Below, in pieces: positions 11,795 through 23,589 of a DNA stretch of 36,343 bases (position 1 is the first letter of the stretch; each line of letters begins with the position of its first letter). The position numbers were made by a program, and so were the translations under genes. This DNA is from Octopus bimaculoides (Eukaryota), in NCBI RefSeq assembly GCF_001194135.2, contig NC_068984.1:137804200-137840542 (forward strand), in the 5' to 3' direction. The notes below the pieces were generated by a model. That model searched no databases. It was given only the letters and a program-made list of their open reading frames with translations, and was not told the DNA's origin.

Positions 11795-11840
11795 AACACA
11801 ACGTTTCGGCTGAAATATCCTCTAGCCTTCATCAGGTGTC
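11795..11840 (-). ncRNA. Minimal type I hammerhead ribozyme motif, core intact
   Basis: GACAC-CUGAUGA-A-GGCU(AGAGGAUAUUUC)AGCC-GAA-AC-GU-U-GUGUU. Stem I is GACAC/GUGUU, stem II GGCU/AGCC, stem III palindromic ACGU. Predicted cut after GUU, between 11800 and 11799. Confidence 0.8.
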
Positions 11841-11896
11841 TTGGGGAAATTTCGAACCTGAGATCTCGTTCCTAAGGTATTTTTCGATGTTTTGTA

Positions 11897-11942
<46 letters not shown>

Positions 11943-11944
<2 letters not shown>

Positions 11945-12033
11945 TTATGTTTGACTTTTGTTTTGCATTTGTACAAGTTGGATCCAAGTCTCACCCAGAG
12001 ACCTCAAGAGACAACAAGTTAGAAGTTCATGTA
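11943..12033 (-). mobile_element. 3' UTR end of an R4/Dong-like LINE inserted in (TAA)n
   Basis: Identical over ~90 nt to 35057-35146, which continues into an RLE C-terminus. Abuts the (TTA)n tract at 11896-11942. Confidence 0.75.
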
Positions 12034-12161
12034 NNNNNNNNNNNNNNNNNNNNNNNNNNNNNNNNNNNNNNNNNNNNNNNNNNNNNNNNNNNNNNNNNNN
12101 NNNNNNNNNNNNNNNNNNNNNNNNNNNNNNNNNNNNNGAATCTTGGGGTTAGTAGCCAACA

Positions 12162-12439
12162 GGTATATGGCGTAGTGGTTAAGAGCACGGGCTACTAACC
12201 CCAAGATTCCGAGTTCGATTCCAAGCAGTGACCTGAAAAATAATAATAATAATGATAAAAATAAAAATAATAATAATAATAATAATAATAACAACAACAA
12301 CAACATCGAAATATACCTTAGGAATGAGAACCCAGGTTCGAAATTTCCCCCAAGACACCTGATGAAGGCTGGAGGGTATATCAGCCGAAGCAATGAAGAC
12401 AAATATCTGTCAAATGTAAATAATGTAAATAATGTAAAT
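12162..12439 (+). mobile_element. SINE family D, full length; hammerhead disrupted by a ~24-nt deletion
   Basis: A box TGGCGTAGTGG (12168-12178), B box GAGTTCGATTCC (12211-12222), (AAT)/(AAC)n at 12238-12303, GACAC-CTGATGA-A-GGCTG..CAGCC-GAAG at 12354-12390, and tail (AATGTAAAT)3. Confidence 0.9.
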
Positions 12440-12981
12440 ATGAATAAATATATAATCTGACTACAATAAAATGATGACAATAGTTTGGTAAGCCACTAGT
12501 TTCGCTTCTTGAAGCAAGAACACTGCAATAAAAAGGCAAAGATCAGAAACTATTCTTCCTTTTCTTTGAAGACTTCGTAAAATCTATCGACAGCATATCA
12601 AGAAATGCCAAGTGGAAGGTTCTTCACCACTTTACCTGCCTAAATCATTTCACTTCATAGATTCACGGTGATAAGTCACGTGATTTTTTTTTTTTACTTA
12701 TCAAAACAACATCTCTGAACATTTTCCGATTAAATGCGGATTGAAGCAGAGGTGCAGTCTTGCAGCTATTCTCTTCCTTCTATTGATTGTCATGCATTTT
12801 GTATTTGTTCCAGGAAATATAATGATGCCGCTTCGATAATGGACTGTTTATCATAGCTAGATTTCGGTCTTAGCAAAGTTAGTCACTTTATTTCTGAAGG
12901 GGAAGCCTTTTTTTCCAATAACTCTTCTTCCAAAAAAGATTCCAAAAAGCTTCCAAAGCAAGTCTTTAAGAACAAATGTCC

Positions 12982-13095
<114 letters not shown>

Positions 13096-14689
13096 TCTTC
13101 TATTTCTGTCTATCACTAAATATGTGTGTGTGTATATATNNNNNNNNNNNNNNNNNNNNNNNNNNNNNNNNNNNNNNNNNNNNNNNNNNNNNNNNNNNNN
13201 NNNNNNNNNNNNNNNNNNNNNNNNNNNNNNNNNNNNNNNNNNNNNNNNNNNNNNNNNNNNNNNNNNNNNNNNNNNNNNNNNNNNNNNNNNNNNNNNNNNN
13301 NNNNNNNNNNNNNNNNNNNNNNNNNNNNNNNNNNNNNNNNNNNNNNNNNNNNNNNNNNNNNNNNNNNNNNNNNNNNNNNNNNNNNNNNNNNNNNNNNNNN
13401 NNNNNNNNNNNNNNNNNNNNNNNNNNNNNNNNNNNNNNNNNNNNNNNNNNNNNNNNNNNNNNNNNNNNNNNNNNNNNNNNNNNNNNNNNNNNNNNNNNNN
13501 NNNNNNNNNNNGGAAAGATATGTGACATGCTGCTAGATATTTCACAGTAGAATAAACCGTTGTAGTAGCGATAGACGAAGAAATAAAGTGATGGCGTCTG
13601 CTGACTACAAAACGGAATGTGTTGCTAAATTTTTGCTAATGAACTCAATGACTGTCTTTTAGCTGCAATCAATATAGATGACATTATTCCATTGTGGATC
13701 TTACATGAGAGTTGATCATGTTAGTAGTTATTCGGAGTTTAATTATTTCCTGACTCTAAGAAAAATTAGTCACTGAAATGTACTTTTCGAAGTTTTGTAT
13801 ATGTAATCGGTAGTTACGAAAAAAAAAATCATTTGTCGATTTGATGTATTATGGAAATTCACATTGAATCAAACATGCGTTCGGAAGCATCAGAGTTCAA
13901 AAGGAAATAAGTACTGGAGTGAAATGTTACTAGTTTTTGATCTCAATTCTCTATATATCGTGTTCAAATTCCAGCGCGTTGGATTTTGCCTTTTAAGATT
14001 ACGTGATCGATAAAACAAGGTAAGATATTCTGGTTGATCCATTCACCATCGTTCTACAAAATTGAACAGTTTGTTTTGTGAAAATCAATATAATCGCAGT
14101 GCAAATATGAATGAACATAAAGGGGAGAATATTATGTCACTTTTTGAATGGGAGAGAACGTTGTGTTAATGACTGATTTTTCTTGAAAGTGTCCTCAAAA
14201 TTATTGCTTCTCGGAAACGCATGAAGAGGATTTAATGATTTGTGAAAATAAATTCCCTCCTCATTTATGGATTGTTGTTAGAATCGAGGTACTATTAGTA
14301 AAGAAAAAGCGACGCGTTCAGATAATAGGGATTCGGTCTTTTTTCTATTTGATGAAAACTGAAATAAAAATCGCGTTCAAATTAAGTTATGGAAGTTTTA
14401 CAAAGAATAACTGAAGATGAACTGAAATTGAATTTGCAAGTTAACCAGTGAATGTTAGCGCAAAAGATTTAAAGTGGATTTAATAATGAAATTACAATGC
14501 GAAAATCTGCCTTATAATTATTTATTTTGACATGTTGGCATCGTATTCATGCCTTGAGAATCATTCTCAAGCGTTTTGCAGTGGTAAATAAAGTCGAGTG
14601 GCTTCTTGACTACGATTCGAAATTGACATTGTTAGTACAATTCAGTAGAGCATCTCTGAGTTCAAATCACACCAAACTCAAGGAGCCGG

Positions 14690-14875
14690 TTGGTTACTCG
14701 ATTTCTATAGTGTAGAAGTGACCGAGATTGCAAAATTACTCTGAGTGGAACGTCGGTCTGTTGTAAATGCAGTATTTTGCTCAAGAACTTCTCATATCAC
14801 CTGATCTGGGAATCGAAACTACAACTGAAAGATCAGAAGTGCAACATCTTTACCACTAGACCACTCGCCTTCACT
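14690..14875 (-). mobile_element. Degenerate SINE family C head and core
   Basis: Reverse complement GTGAAGGCGAGTGGTCTAGTGGTAAAG..TTCGATTCCC..TTCTTGAGCAAAATAC..TTCCACTCAG resembles 6264-6580. Confidence 0.65.
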
Positions 14876-15377
14876 TTCAAATTTCGCAGGAGAAAGAGTT
14901 TATATTTTGTGTGATTCTCACTACAAAAAAATGGTAAACATTTTTTTACTAGTTAACTCGAGATGCTTAGAATTAGGACTTAAAAGTATTTAATTGCTTA
15001 ATTAATTAATTAATTCTCCAGAAATGACTGATTTTGAAAGAACATAATATCAAAAGCTGTTGGACTCACTCTCATATCCTTGATCGAAGATATAACAATT
15101 TCTATGTCAAGAAGAGAGTCAATAACGTTATTTAATTACATGATTGTATAAGAGTACGCTCGTGAATGATATCCTGTACCCATATATGCATGTATATATA
15201 CATATATATGTAGGTATGTGCATTTATGTATATATATATGCATATATATATTATTTATATTATTATATGATCGAACGCCACAAGAATAGATGCAGGTGTT
15301 AATTTATAAAAACATGTGACATATTAACAAAAATCTGTAAATGTACAACCATCCAGATATCTGAGTACCTTATTATT

Positions 15378-15420
<43 letters not shown>

Positions 15421-15422
<2 letters not shown>

Positions 15423-15770
15423 GTCCTTAGTCGAAAGACACCCGTTGTTAATGTCCTGTTATTTGTATTCGTGTACTATTTCTCCGTTTTTTTCCCGTCT
15501 TTGTTTTCATATACATTCGCTGCTTTCTTACAAGGAATCGAGTGCTCTTAGCTTAGTTTTTCCTTGGGGCTGGCCAGATTGGAGCAATCTTGAGTATAAC
15601 CAGCCGAAACTGCAAGGATAATCTGGAACTCGACTGAGGAAAGAAAACTTCGAATGACCCACCCTTGTTTTCTTTGTATCGTCTGCCTGGATGTTTTGTT
15701 GTCCCTTTTTGTATCACCTGTCTGGATGTTTTACGTTCTTGTCCCATTTTTGTATTATATATATATATAA
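15421..15770. repeat. Unclassified probable interspersed repeat flanked by (TA)n, with an internal ~36-40 bp tandem duplication
   Basis: TA tracts on both sides and raised GC. ttgtatc..ctg.ctggatgtttt...ttgtccc.tttt occurs twice at 15672-15755. Only one copy in the window. Confidence 0.4.
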
Positions 15771-16752
15771 GGTAATTAATGAGGGTAGAAATTAATATTA
15801 TTTCAAGATGTGTCGAAAAATCACCTTACTTAAGACATCAGAAACCTTCTAATTAATCATTTGGCTTGAATCGGGTGTTCAACTTTTGGCTTATCGATCT
15901 TGTTTAGTGGTTTTATGCAACCGCGTAATTCATAGTTCAGCAAGTCTCTCAATAACCCTGCAAAGCTTTTCACTCTAAGAGAAATCCCGTTCCTTTTTGT
16001 TGATTGGCCAATGGCAATAGTATTCAGTTGCTTCAACTCTGGTGTCAAGTTCTATGTCCTTGTCATATATACAAGCAAGAAGCAAAAGAAATATCTTGAG
16101 CTTTGATACTGCTTTGATGATTAACAAGAACAGACGTCACACACATTTCACGCTGTTTTGTCTCTCTGCTTTTCTATAGAGTGACTTATATAATAAACGA
16201 CAACGGCGTTTTCATAGCCAGAAATTGGTTTCATGTTCTGACTCCCTTTCGAATACTTCTTTTGAACTGAATGTTTTCTTCTTTGTACAATTGAAATCAC
16301 TATAAATCCCTATATACAAACGTGAAGTTAGAGTTTGAAAACGTTCACGTTTATTACTGGCTAAAAAACGTTGCTTTATTTTAAAACACTGAAAACTGTT
16401 TTTTTCTTCTTTTTTTTTTTCGAGTTGACATCTTTACTCGAAATGATACGTAGCAATGTCAGATTAAGCAGCTAACATGTAAGATGAAATATTCTAGATA
16501 CAAGTGCTTATACATATGTTTTAAAATGCAGGAATCCTGTCAAAGATTATATTGTAAAATTGATTTTTACTAGTTAGGACGTTAAATCAATTGTAATAGG
16601 GTCTGATCAAATGTTAGTAGTATTGAGGCGAAAAAATATTCACTTTGACTTCATCTCCGTTTGAAAGTGAAATTCGTCAAACAAGTACAATACTTATGAC
16701 TCAAAAGAAAAATGGCCCAAACAACAACAATATCAACGTTAATTCTGTTATT

Positions 16753-17152
16753 CTGATACAAGGGGTCGAAATGAGATTTTTCGCAGGATCTCCGGAGTAA
16801 CGTTATACGATAGGGTGCATATTTCGGAGATCAGGGAATCGATCCATGTCGAGCCGCTATCTCTTCGCATTGGTCACAGTTCAGGTATAAGGACATGTTG
16901 TGAAAATCTTGCAGGAAAGAATCGTAAGATGGAATTTTGAAGTCGATCCAACTGGCAGGAAACCTAGGAGTAGACAAAAAGCGAGATGGTTGGATAATAT
17001 ACCATAGTCTAAGTTGGTTACGCTTGGGAATCAACATGGAAAACTGTAATGACGATTGCTTCTGACAGGACCCTATAGAGGAGGTGCCTGAGGAGTGTAC
17101 TCACAGGACCCTCCCAAGAATGGTGGATGGGGAAGATGGATTGATGGATGGA
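16753..17152 (+). mobile_element. RTE-clade LINE (Rex3/Expander-like) 3' remnant, paralogue of 5235-5639
   Basis: With one frameshift it reads IQGVEMRF.RRISGVTLYDRVHISEIRESIHVEPLSLRI, and further on EVDPTGRKPRSRQKARWLDNI. Ends in gatggattgatggatgg. Confidence 0.85.
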
Positions 17153-18269
17153 TAATATTCTTACTCTTATCATTTCTTTTTACCTAAATTGTTCTCCTTC
17201 TAATCATTCGATTATTTTCTTATTTGTACAGTTTAATTATCCAATATGTTTGCACTTTATATTTCTATTGATTCTGTTGATCTCGGTTTTATTGCCAGAC
17301 ACATCTTTGACACATTATATCTTTTAATTAACACTTACAAAGTTGTCATACATTCATAAAATTTTCTTTTTGTTTCCTTCTTGTTTCATTATTCAACCTA
17401 CGTTTTTCTCAAACATAAATATTTTATAATTTCACCACCTATTTACTTTAATCTTTTGCTTACTATAAAACAACTTCTTTCTTTTTCATATCTAATTTTG
17501 CCTTACCTATTCTCTCCTTCATATTAAGAATACACAAACCACATTCATCAAGAAATTGAAGTGTTTCAGCAATGAATACATTCAATACATTTCGTTTTTC
17601 TTTTGCAACAAACAGAACAAGCTAGCTTCTTAAATTAACCTACACCTCCGTTTTCTTAGAAGCAAAACATTCCACCAGATTTCGTTCAACACCATATATC
17701 TTTTACATTCTATTCTTCATTTTCTCATTCAGTACGCAGCCTTTGAATTACGTTATTAATAAACTTTACTCTTTCTATAATAATTACCTATCGTGCCTTT
17801 TTCTTATGAGTCGTTTTCATTTTCTTGATTCTAATTTCAAGTATATTACTGAAATTATAGTGACTCTATCTGTACTACACCTGCTTTCTCGATACTAGTC
17901 ACATTATGAATACCTATGACATTGCAGATAATGACGAAATCATACAAGGACCATATGTATTTGAAGAATTCTGAAATATGACGGCATCCAATCTTACGAA
18001 AGTTTTATCACCAGCTACATATAGATGCATACGTAAATAGTCATGTATCAATTACAATTTCCTATCTTAGCTGCCAAATGTAAGCTCTTTTATTTATTTA
18101 TTTATTTTTGATATTATCAAACGTATCCACTCAGTTCTTTCATGTAATATACCTAATTTGGGGATAAAAAAATATGATAAAAAAATATTTTGTCCAATTT
18201 GCATTTAAAGGCAGAAAACTGGGCAAAGTGACATTTAGAAAAAATGGTTTGTTTGTATATATATATATT

Positions 18270-18406
18270 CTTTTATTCTTTTACTTGTTTCAGTCATTTG
18301 ACTGCGGCCATGCTGGAGCACTGCCTTTAGTCGAGTCAAATCGACCTCAGGAATTATTCATTGTAAGCCCAGTACTTATTCTATCGGTCTTTTTTGCCGA
18401 ACCACT

Positions 18407-18410
<4 letters not shown>
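18270..18410 (-). mobile_element. SINE family A 3' half
   Basis: Inverse of 18620-18762; ends in (TA)n and a 10-N gap. Confidence 0.9.
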
Positions 18411-18438
<28 letters not shown>

Positions 18439-18448
18439 NNNNNNNNNN

Positions 18449-18762
18449 GTCTTCTACTATAGCTTCGGGCCGACCAAAGCCTTGTGAGTGGATTTGGTAG
18501 ACGGAAACTGAAAGAAGCCCGTCGTATATATGTATATGTATATATGTGTGTGTTTGTGTGTCTGTATTTGTCCCCCCAACATCGCTTGACAACCGAAGCT
18601 GGTGTGTTTATGTCCCCGTAACTTAGCGGTTCGGCAAAAGAGACCGCTAGAATAAGTACTAGGCTTACAAAAAATAGATCCTGGGGTAGATTTGCTCGAC
18701 TAAAGGCGGTGCTCCAGCATGGCTGCAGTCAAATGACCGAAACAAGTAAAAGAGGAAAAGAG
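18449..18762 (+). mobile_element. SINE family A body with a short internal microsatellite and full tail
   Basis: The only copy with the internal TA/TG tract fully sequenced (18526-18560). Tail GAAACAAGTAAAAGAGGAAAAGAG. Confidence 0.92.
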
Positions 18763-19755
18763 AATATATAGTGTAAACAGAGTTAGCGGTTATAATAACC
18801 GACTAAGGGATAAAATATTCTTATGTACTATCGGTCTCCTTTGTTCGTATTATTCCCAGGCATTGGTGTGCAGGCGAACTATGCACATGGAGTGCAGGTA
18901 CCAACAGGATAAACATTATCTTTGATAATCATGTTAGTATTTTCCTTATATACATTTTCTTGATAACTTCTTTTTTAAACATCTTGACCCTGCCCTTTAA
19001 ATTGCATCTACCCGTTAATAAATTGTAGCATTCCCTAGACCATTACTAGATCACTCTTTTACCTAAAGACCTCGTAGCCCCTAGATGGTAAATTATATGT
19101 CCTAAGCATGTTGGGCTTCCAGACTTTTTTTCTAGGCCATGTTTTCTCTCCTTTCCCCTCTTCTCTTTGTTTATATTGCATGCTCTTGTATTTTACTCTG
19201 TTGAAGCTCCGTTGCCTTAATTCGAATGTCCTCTGAAGACGAAGAACTTTATTCTCGCATTTATTTATAGAACTCATTTTGGCAACGGATGCGGAAACGG
19301 ACGTAAGATTTGTTACGTCACCTATTTGTTATGTCATGCTTTGTATTAAAAACGAATCTATAAATGTGGTCCAATCGATGTGTTTGTTAATCTGAGGTTT
19401 TCTCCATTTTCTGATTATATATATATATATATATATNNNNNNNNNNNNNNNNNNNNNNNNNNNNNNNNNNNNNNNNNNNNNNNNNNNNNNNNNNNNNNNN
19501 NNNNNNNNNNNNNNNNNNNNNNNNNNNNNNNNNNNNNNNNNNNNNNNNNNNNNNNNNNNNNNNNNNNNNNNNNNNNNNNNNNNNNNNNNNNNNNNNNNNN
19601 NNNNNNNNNNNNNNNNNNNNNNNNNNNNNNNNNNNNNNNNNNNNNNNNNNNNNNNNNNNNNNNNNNNNNNNNNNNNNNNNNNNNNNNNNNCAACAATATT
19701 TTTTGTTTATCAATGGTAAAAGTTGAAAATTAGAAAAACATCATTAAAAGTTTCC

Positions 19756-19817
19756 ATGTTGACAAATTAAAATGTTTCAATGTTGACAAATTAAAATGTT
19801 TCAATGTTGATAAATTA
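19756..19817 (+). repeat. 24-bp tandem repeat, about 2.5 units
   Basis: atgttgacaaattaaaatgtttca occurs twice, followed by atgttgataaatta. Confidence 0.9.
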
Positions 19818-21536
19818 TCATGTTCAAAACAGAAGGCATAAAACTGTATATCAATTTGTTAGAATGTACAAGGTTCATTATATATTTACTATTGGTATCA
19901 GTTACCTGTGCTATCCCTGGGCATGGGTATGCAGGTACACTATACTCGTACGGTACAGGTAACAACAGAATAAACAAAAGTTTATCAGGAATCAAATTTA
20001 AATAATCAGAAAATGGAGAAATCTTTAGATCATCACACAAATCAACTGGACCACTTTGATGAAGCTCCATGTACTAGTTCGAATATCCTATGAAGATGAA
20101 GAATATTATTTTCGTAATTCTTTCGTAGGCACTGACATTGGAAGCGGAAACGCCCGCAAAAATTATTATGTCATAGAAATGTTATGTCATGTTTTGTATT
20201 AAAAAATAATCTACAGATGTGGTCCAATTAATATGTCTGTTAATTTAAAGTTTTCTCCATTTTCTAAGGTACAAGAAACTTATAGAAACACCATTCTGCT
20301 TAAATAATGGAACTGCAGATACAATATCCTTATGTATCTCACGTCTGTTTTCATACTTTCACTTCACTCTGTATTTCATATCTTCTCTATAATAACTATT
20401 ACTTAAACATTTTCTCGCACTGTCTCTGATGAANNNNNNNNNNTCCAAGGCTGGATATATATATATGCGTGTGTGTGTGTGTATGTGTGTGTATACATAC
20501 ACATACACACACACATATACGCACATGCATATATACATGCACATGTGCAGAAATGTGGCTGTGGGCGTGTATGCATGCACGGAAATAGCACTAATTTTAA
20601 CCATTACTGGTTACTGTTTGCCCAAAATAGTTTTTTGCTGCTACTAACAAGAATATTACTAAACTTCAGATACGGCAATTCTTGGTCACTTGTGAAGAGG
20701 AGCGCTGTAAAAGTCAAATAGCAATGAGACATTAATCTTTCAAATCACTAGAATTGTTTAACGTCAGGTGTTTATTTTAAAATTTCTAATTTCCCAATCC
20801 ATGATTCAAAAGTCAAGGAGTAATTAGGTTTTTATGATAGTCAGCATCCTGAAATATGAGAAATAGACTATTAATAAATCTTTCTAGCCGGATATTCTTA
20901 TATAAGTTGCATTTTAGTTGTTTCAGATAAACCAAATAACTATCAATTTTCGAAAAAAATTGAACGAGTAAACTTTAATTATCAAAATTTGTTGATTCAT
21001 GTGAATATCATTCAAATCTAAGCAGAATCTCTTTCAGAATATCAACACGGAATTGTACAATAAAATATTTACTATTTTCTAATCCTTTATACTCTCAATC
21101 AGTGTGTAAACAAAAGAAAATATCATTTCCACGTCAAATTCGGGAAGAAAATGTAAAGAAAACCTTCATAGTAAATCTTATTGCTTAAATATAAATACTT
21201 ATATATAAAGTTACAGAATGTATTAATTTTCATGTAATTCGATCGTTGCGGAACACGTTTTTATAAACGTTGGCTGATTTGATTCGTAATTTTTCCTCTT
21301 ACCCAAGATTTAGTTTTATTTACACCACGGAAAATGAAATCTTTGTTTTAGCTAATGAACCACTGTGGGATTCATTATCATAAATCTAATTTTTCTTTTC
21401 TTTTGTTATTCGAGATTAGCAAAACAACATTAATATATAAACAGCGAGAAAACTTAATGGCGAATAATGATAGGCCTATCATTAATTTCGAGATAATTAA
21501 ATATTTTATTATTTGCGCACACGAAAACACATGCAT

Positions 21537-21575
<39 letters not shown>

Positions 21576-21741
21576 CACACACACAGAGTAGTGGCAATTG
21601 TATATGGTAAGGTTTTGATGGATCTATTTCGTGCCCGGCTAGCAGCTACTGTACTTGCGCGTGAGGAAGTGTTTGGACCTCCGTATATAAAGATCCACAC
21701 ACACACACACACACAGCTTTACAACTTCCACGATTAATTGT

Positions 21742-21880
21742 ATTACAAGGCTGGCCCTTGTGAATTACAGTTACGACTCACTTTTGCCAGCTGTCTGGAC
21801 CGGAAGAGTACCGTGTAACAACGCTTGTTTTCGAACTTAAGATAGCGGGCCGAATACACTAGCCTCTAAGCCATGCGCCA
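21742..21880 (-). mobile_element. Degenerate internally deleted SINE family C fragment
   Basis: acaaggctggccct.tgaa.taca.gt..actca.ttttgccagctg matches 6403-6450, and ctaagccatgcgcc matches the head. Confidence 0.6.
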
Positions 21881-22213
21881 GTAGATACCAGCTGACAATT
21901 GCATAATCTCTTATTGTTGCACAAACATACACAGATAACGACATACGCACATACACACTCAAACACAGTAACATATTGTTACGTACATACACACATAGTT
22001 TATTCGTTTTATACATAGACACATACATACATATATAAACACACACACACACACACTTATGGACATATGTCAGCAGACAATTATAGTCTTATGATGTTAC
22101 ACAATCATAAGATTATGATGACAACTCACACGCACACATGGATATCAGCAGACATTCCACACGCAGTCTGCATGTTAAAATACAGATACTAACATACAGA
22201 TTCAGTTATTGTG

Positions 22214-22266
<53 letters not shown>

Positions 22267-22408
22267 CTCATACAGGTATGCTCTTCACATGCAAACACTC
22301 AGAGTCTCATACAGTTACGCGCACACACACAATCACACAGTCTCATATGTCTACGAGCACAAACACACTCAAACACACAGTATCATACAGTTACACGCAC
22401 AGACACAG

Positions 22409-22441
<33 letters not shown>

Positions 22442-22776
22442 TACCAGTAGACAATGTGTCATATTTTTTAAATTTAATTATTACTTATTGGAACGCTAAA
22501 ATCTTTGTAGGGTTAGTTGAAGTAGGAGGAGGGTGTAGTGAGTATAGCAGACTGACACGTCAGTCTTACCAAACCAATCTTATTAATATAGATCAGAGTT
22601 AAGATCCATCAATCAACTTCTTTGCGACTAATGGAACCCACATGGAAGCGTTCTGATGTTTCGAATAAAACTTCATCTGTTTGCCTATGTTTTTCATTCA
22701 ATAAACTCTGCCGAATTCTCTTTATTTTTCATATTTTTCTGAAATTTTCAAATTGTAAATGTAATTTATGGACAAC

Positions 22777-22814
<38 letters not shown>

Positions 22815-22816
<2 letters not shown>

Positions 22817-23010
22817 TTTTACTTGTTTCTGTCATTTGACTGAAGCCATGCTGGTCGAACAAAGCGAACCCAGGACTTATTGCTTTAAGCCTAGTACTTA
22901 TTCCATCGGTCTCCTTTTTGGCCAAACCACTAAGTAACGTGGACGTAAGCACACAAACACCGGCTGTCAAGCGGTGATGGGAAGATAAACCAAACACAGA
23001 CACAGAAATA
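22815..23010 (-). mobile_element. SINE family A 3' half running into (TA)n and gap 23033-23570
   Basis: ttcttttacttgtttc.gtcatttgactg...cctagtacttattc.atcggtctc...ccactaagt.acg. Confidence 0.85.
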
Positions 23011-23589
23011 TATATACATATATATATATATANNNNNNNNNNNNNNNNNNNNNNNNNNNNNNNNNNNNNNNNNNNNNNNNNNNNNNNNNNNNNNNNNNNN
23101 NNNNNNNNNNNNNNNNNNNNNNNNNNNNNNNNNNNNNNNNNNNNNNNNNNNNNNNNNNNNNNNNNNNNNNNNNNNNNNNNNNNNNNNNNNNNNNNNNNNN
23201 NNNNNNNNNNNNNNNNNNNNNNNNNNNNNNNNNNNNNNNNNNNNNNNNNNNNNNNNNNNNNNNNNNNNNNNNNNNNNNNNNNNNNNNNNNNNNNNNNNNN
23301 NNNNNNNNNNNNNNNNNNNNNNNNNNNNNNNNNNNNNNNNNNNNNNNNNNNNNNNNNNNNNNNNNNNNNNNNNNNNNNNNNNNNNNNNNNNNNNNNNNNN
23401 NNNNNNNNNNNNNNNNNNNNNNNNNNNNNNNNNNNNNNNNNNNNNNNNNNNNNNNNNNNNNNNNNNNNNNNNNNNNNNNNNNNNNNNNNNNNNNNNNNNN
23501 NNNNNNNNNNNNNNNNNNNNNNNNNNNNNNNNNNNNNNNNNNNNNNNNNNNNNNNNNNNNNNNNNNNNNNTATATATATATATATTCGC

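Larger units (their letters stand above)
11733..12157 (-). mobile_element. SINE family D (tRNA head, (AAT)n, hammerhead, (AATGTAAAT)n tail), interrupted by a nested LINE stub and a gap
   Basis: Reverse complement of 11733-11892 aligns to 12301-12439. 12138-12157 is an exact inverse of head segment 12190-12209. Confidence 0.85.

Noticed and set aside
12162-12236. tRNA gene
   Set aside because: A and B boxes and an anticodon-like loop (CTACTAA) are present, but the T-arm and acceptor stem do not pair. It is the head of SINE family D.
15556-15660. Hammerhead-like pieces (GGCTGG..CCAGCC-GAAAC; CTGAGGA-AAG-AAAA-CTT-CGAAT)
   Set aside because: The first lacks CUGANGA before the stem and the second lacks GAAA and stem I. 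Neither assembles into a complete core.
17507-17624. Minus-strand open frame ending at TAG|GTAAGG in phase 1
   Set aside because: It lacks a plausible acceptor, and open frames this short are expected by chance.
21640-21690. Peptide VLAREEVFGP resembling the aldehyde dehydrogenase EEIFGP motif
   Set aside because: The upstream residues do not fit ALDH, there are no convincing splice sites, and it is flanked by CA repeats. Likely chance.
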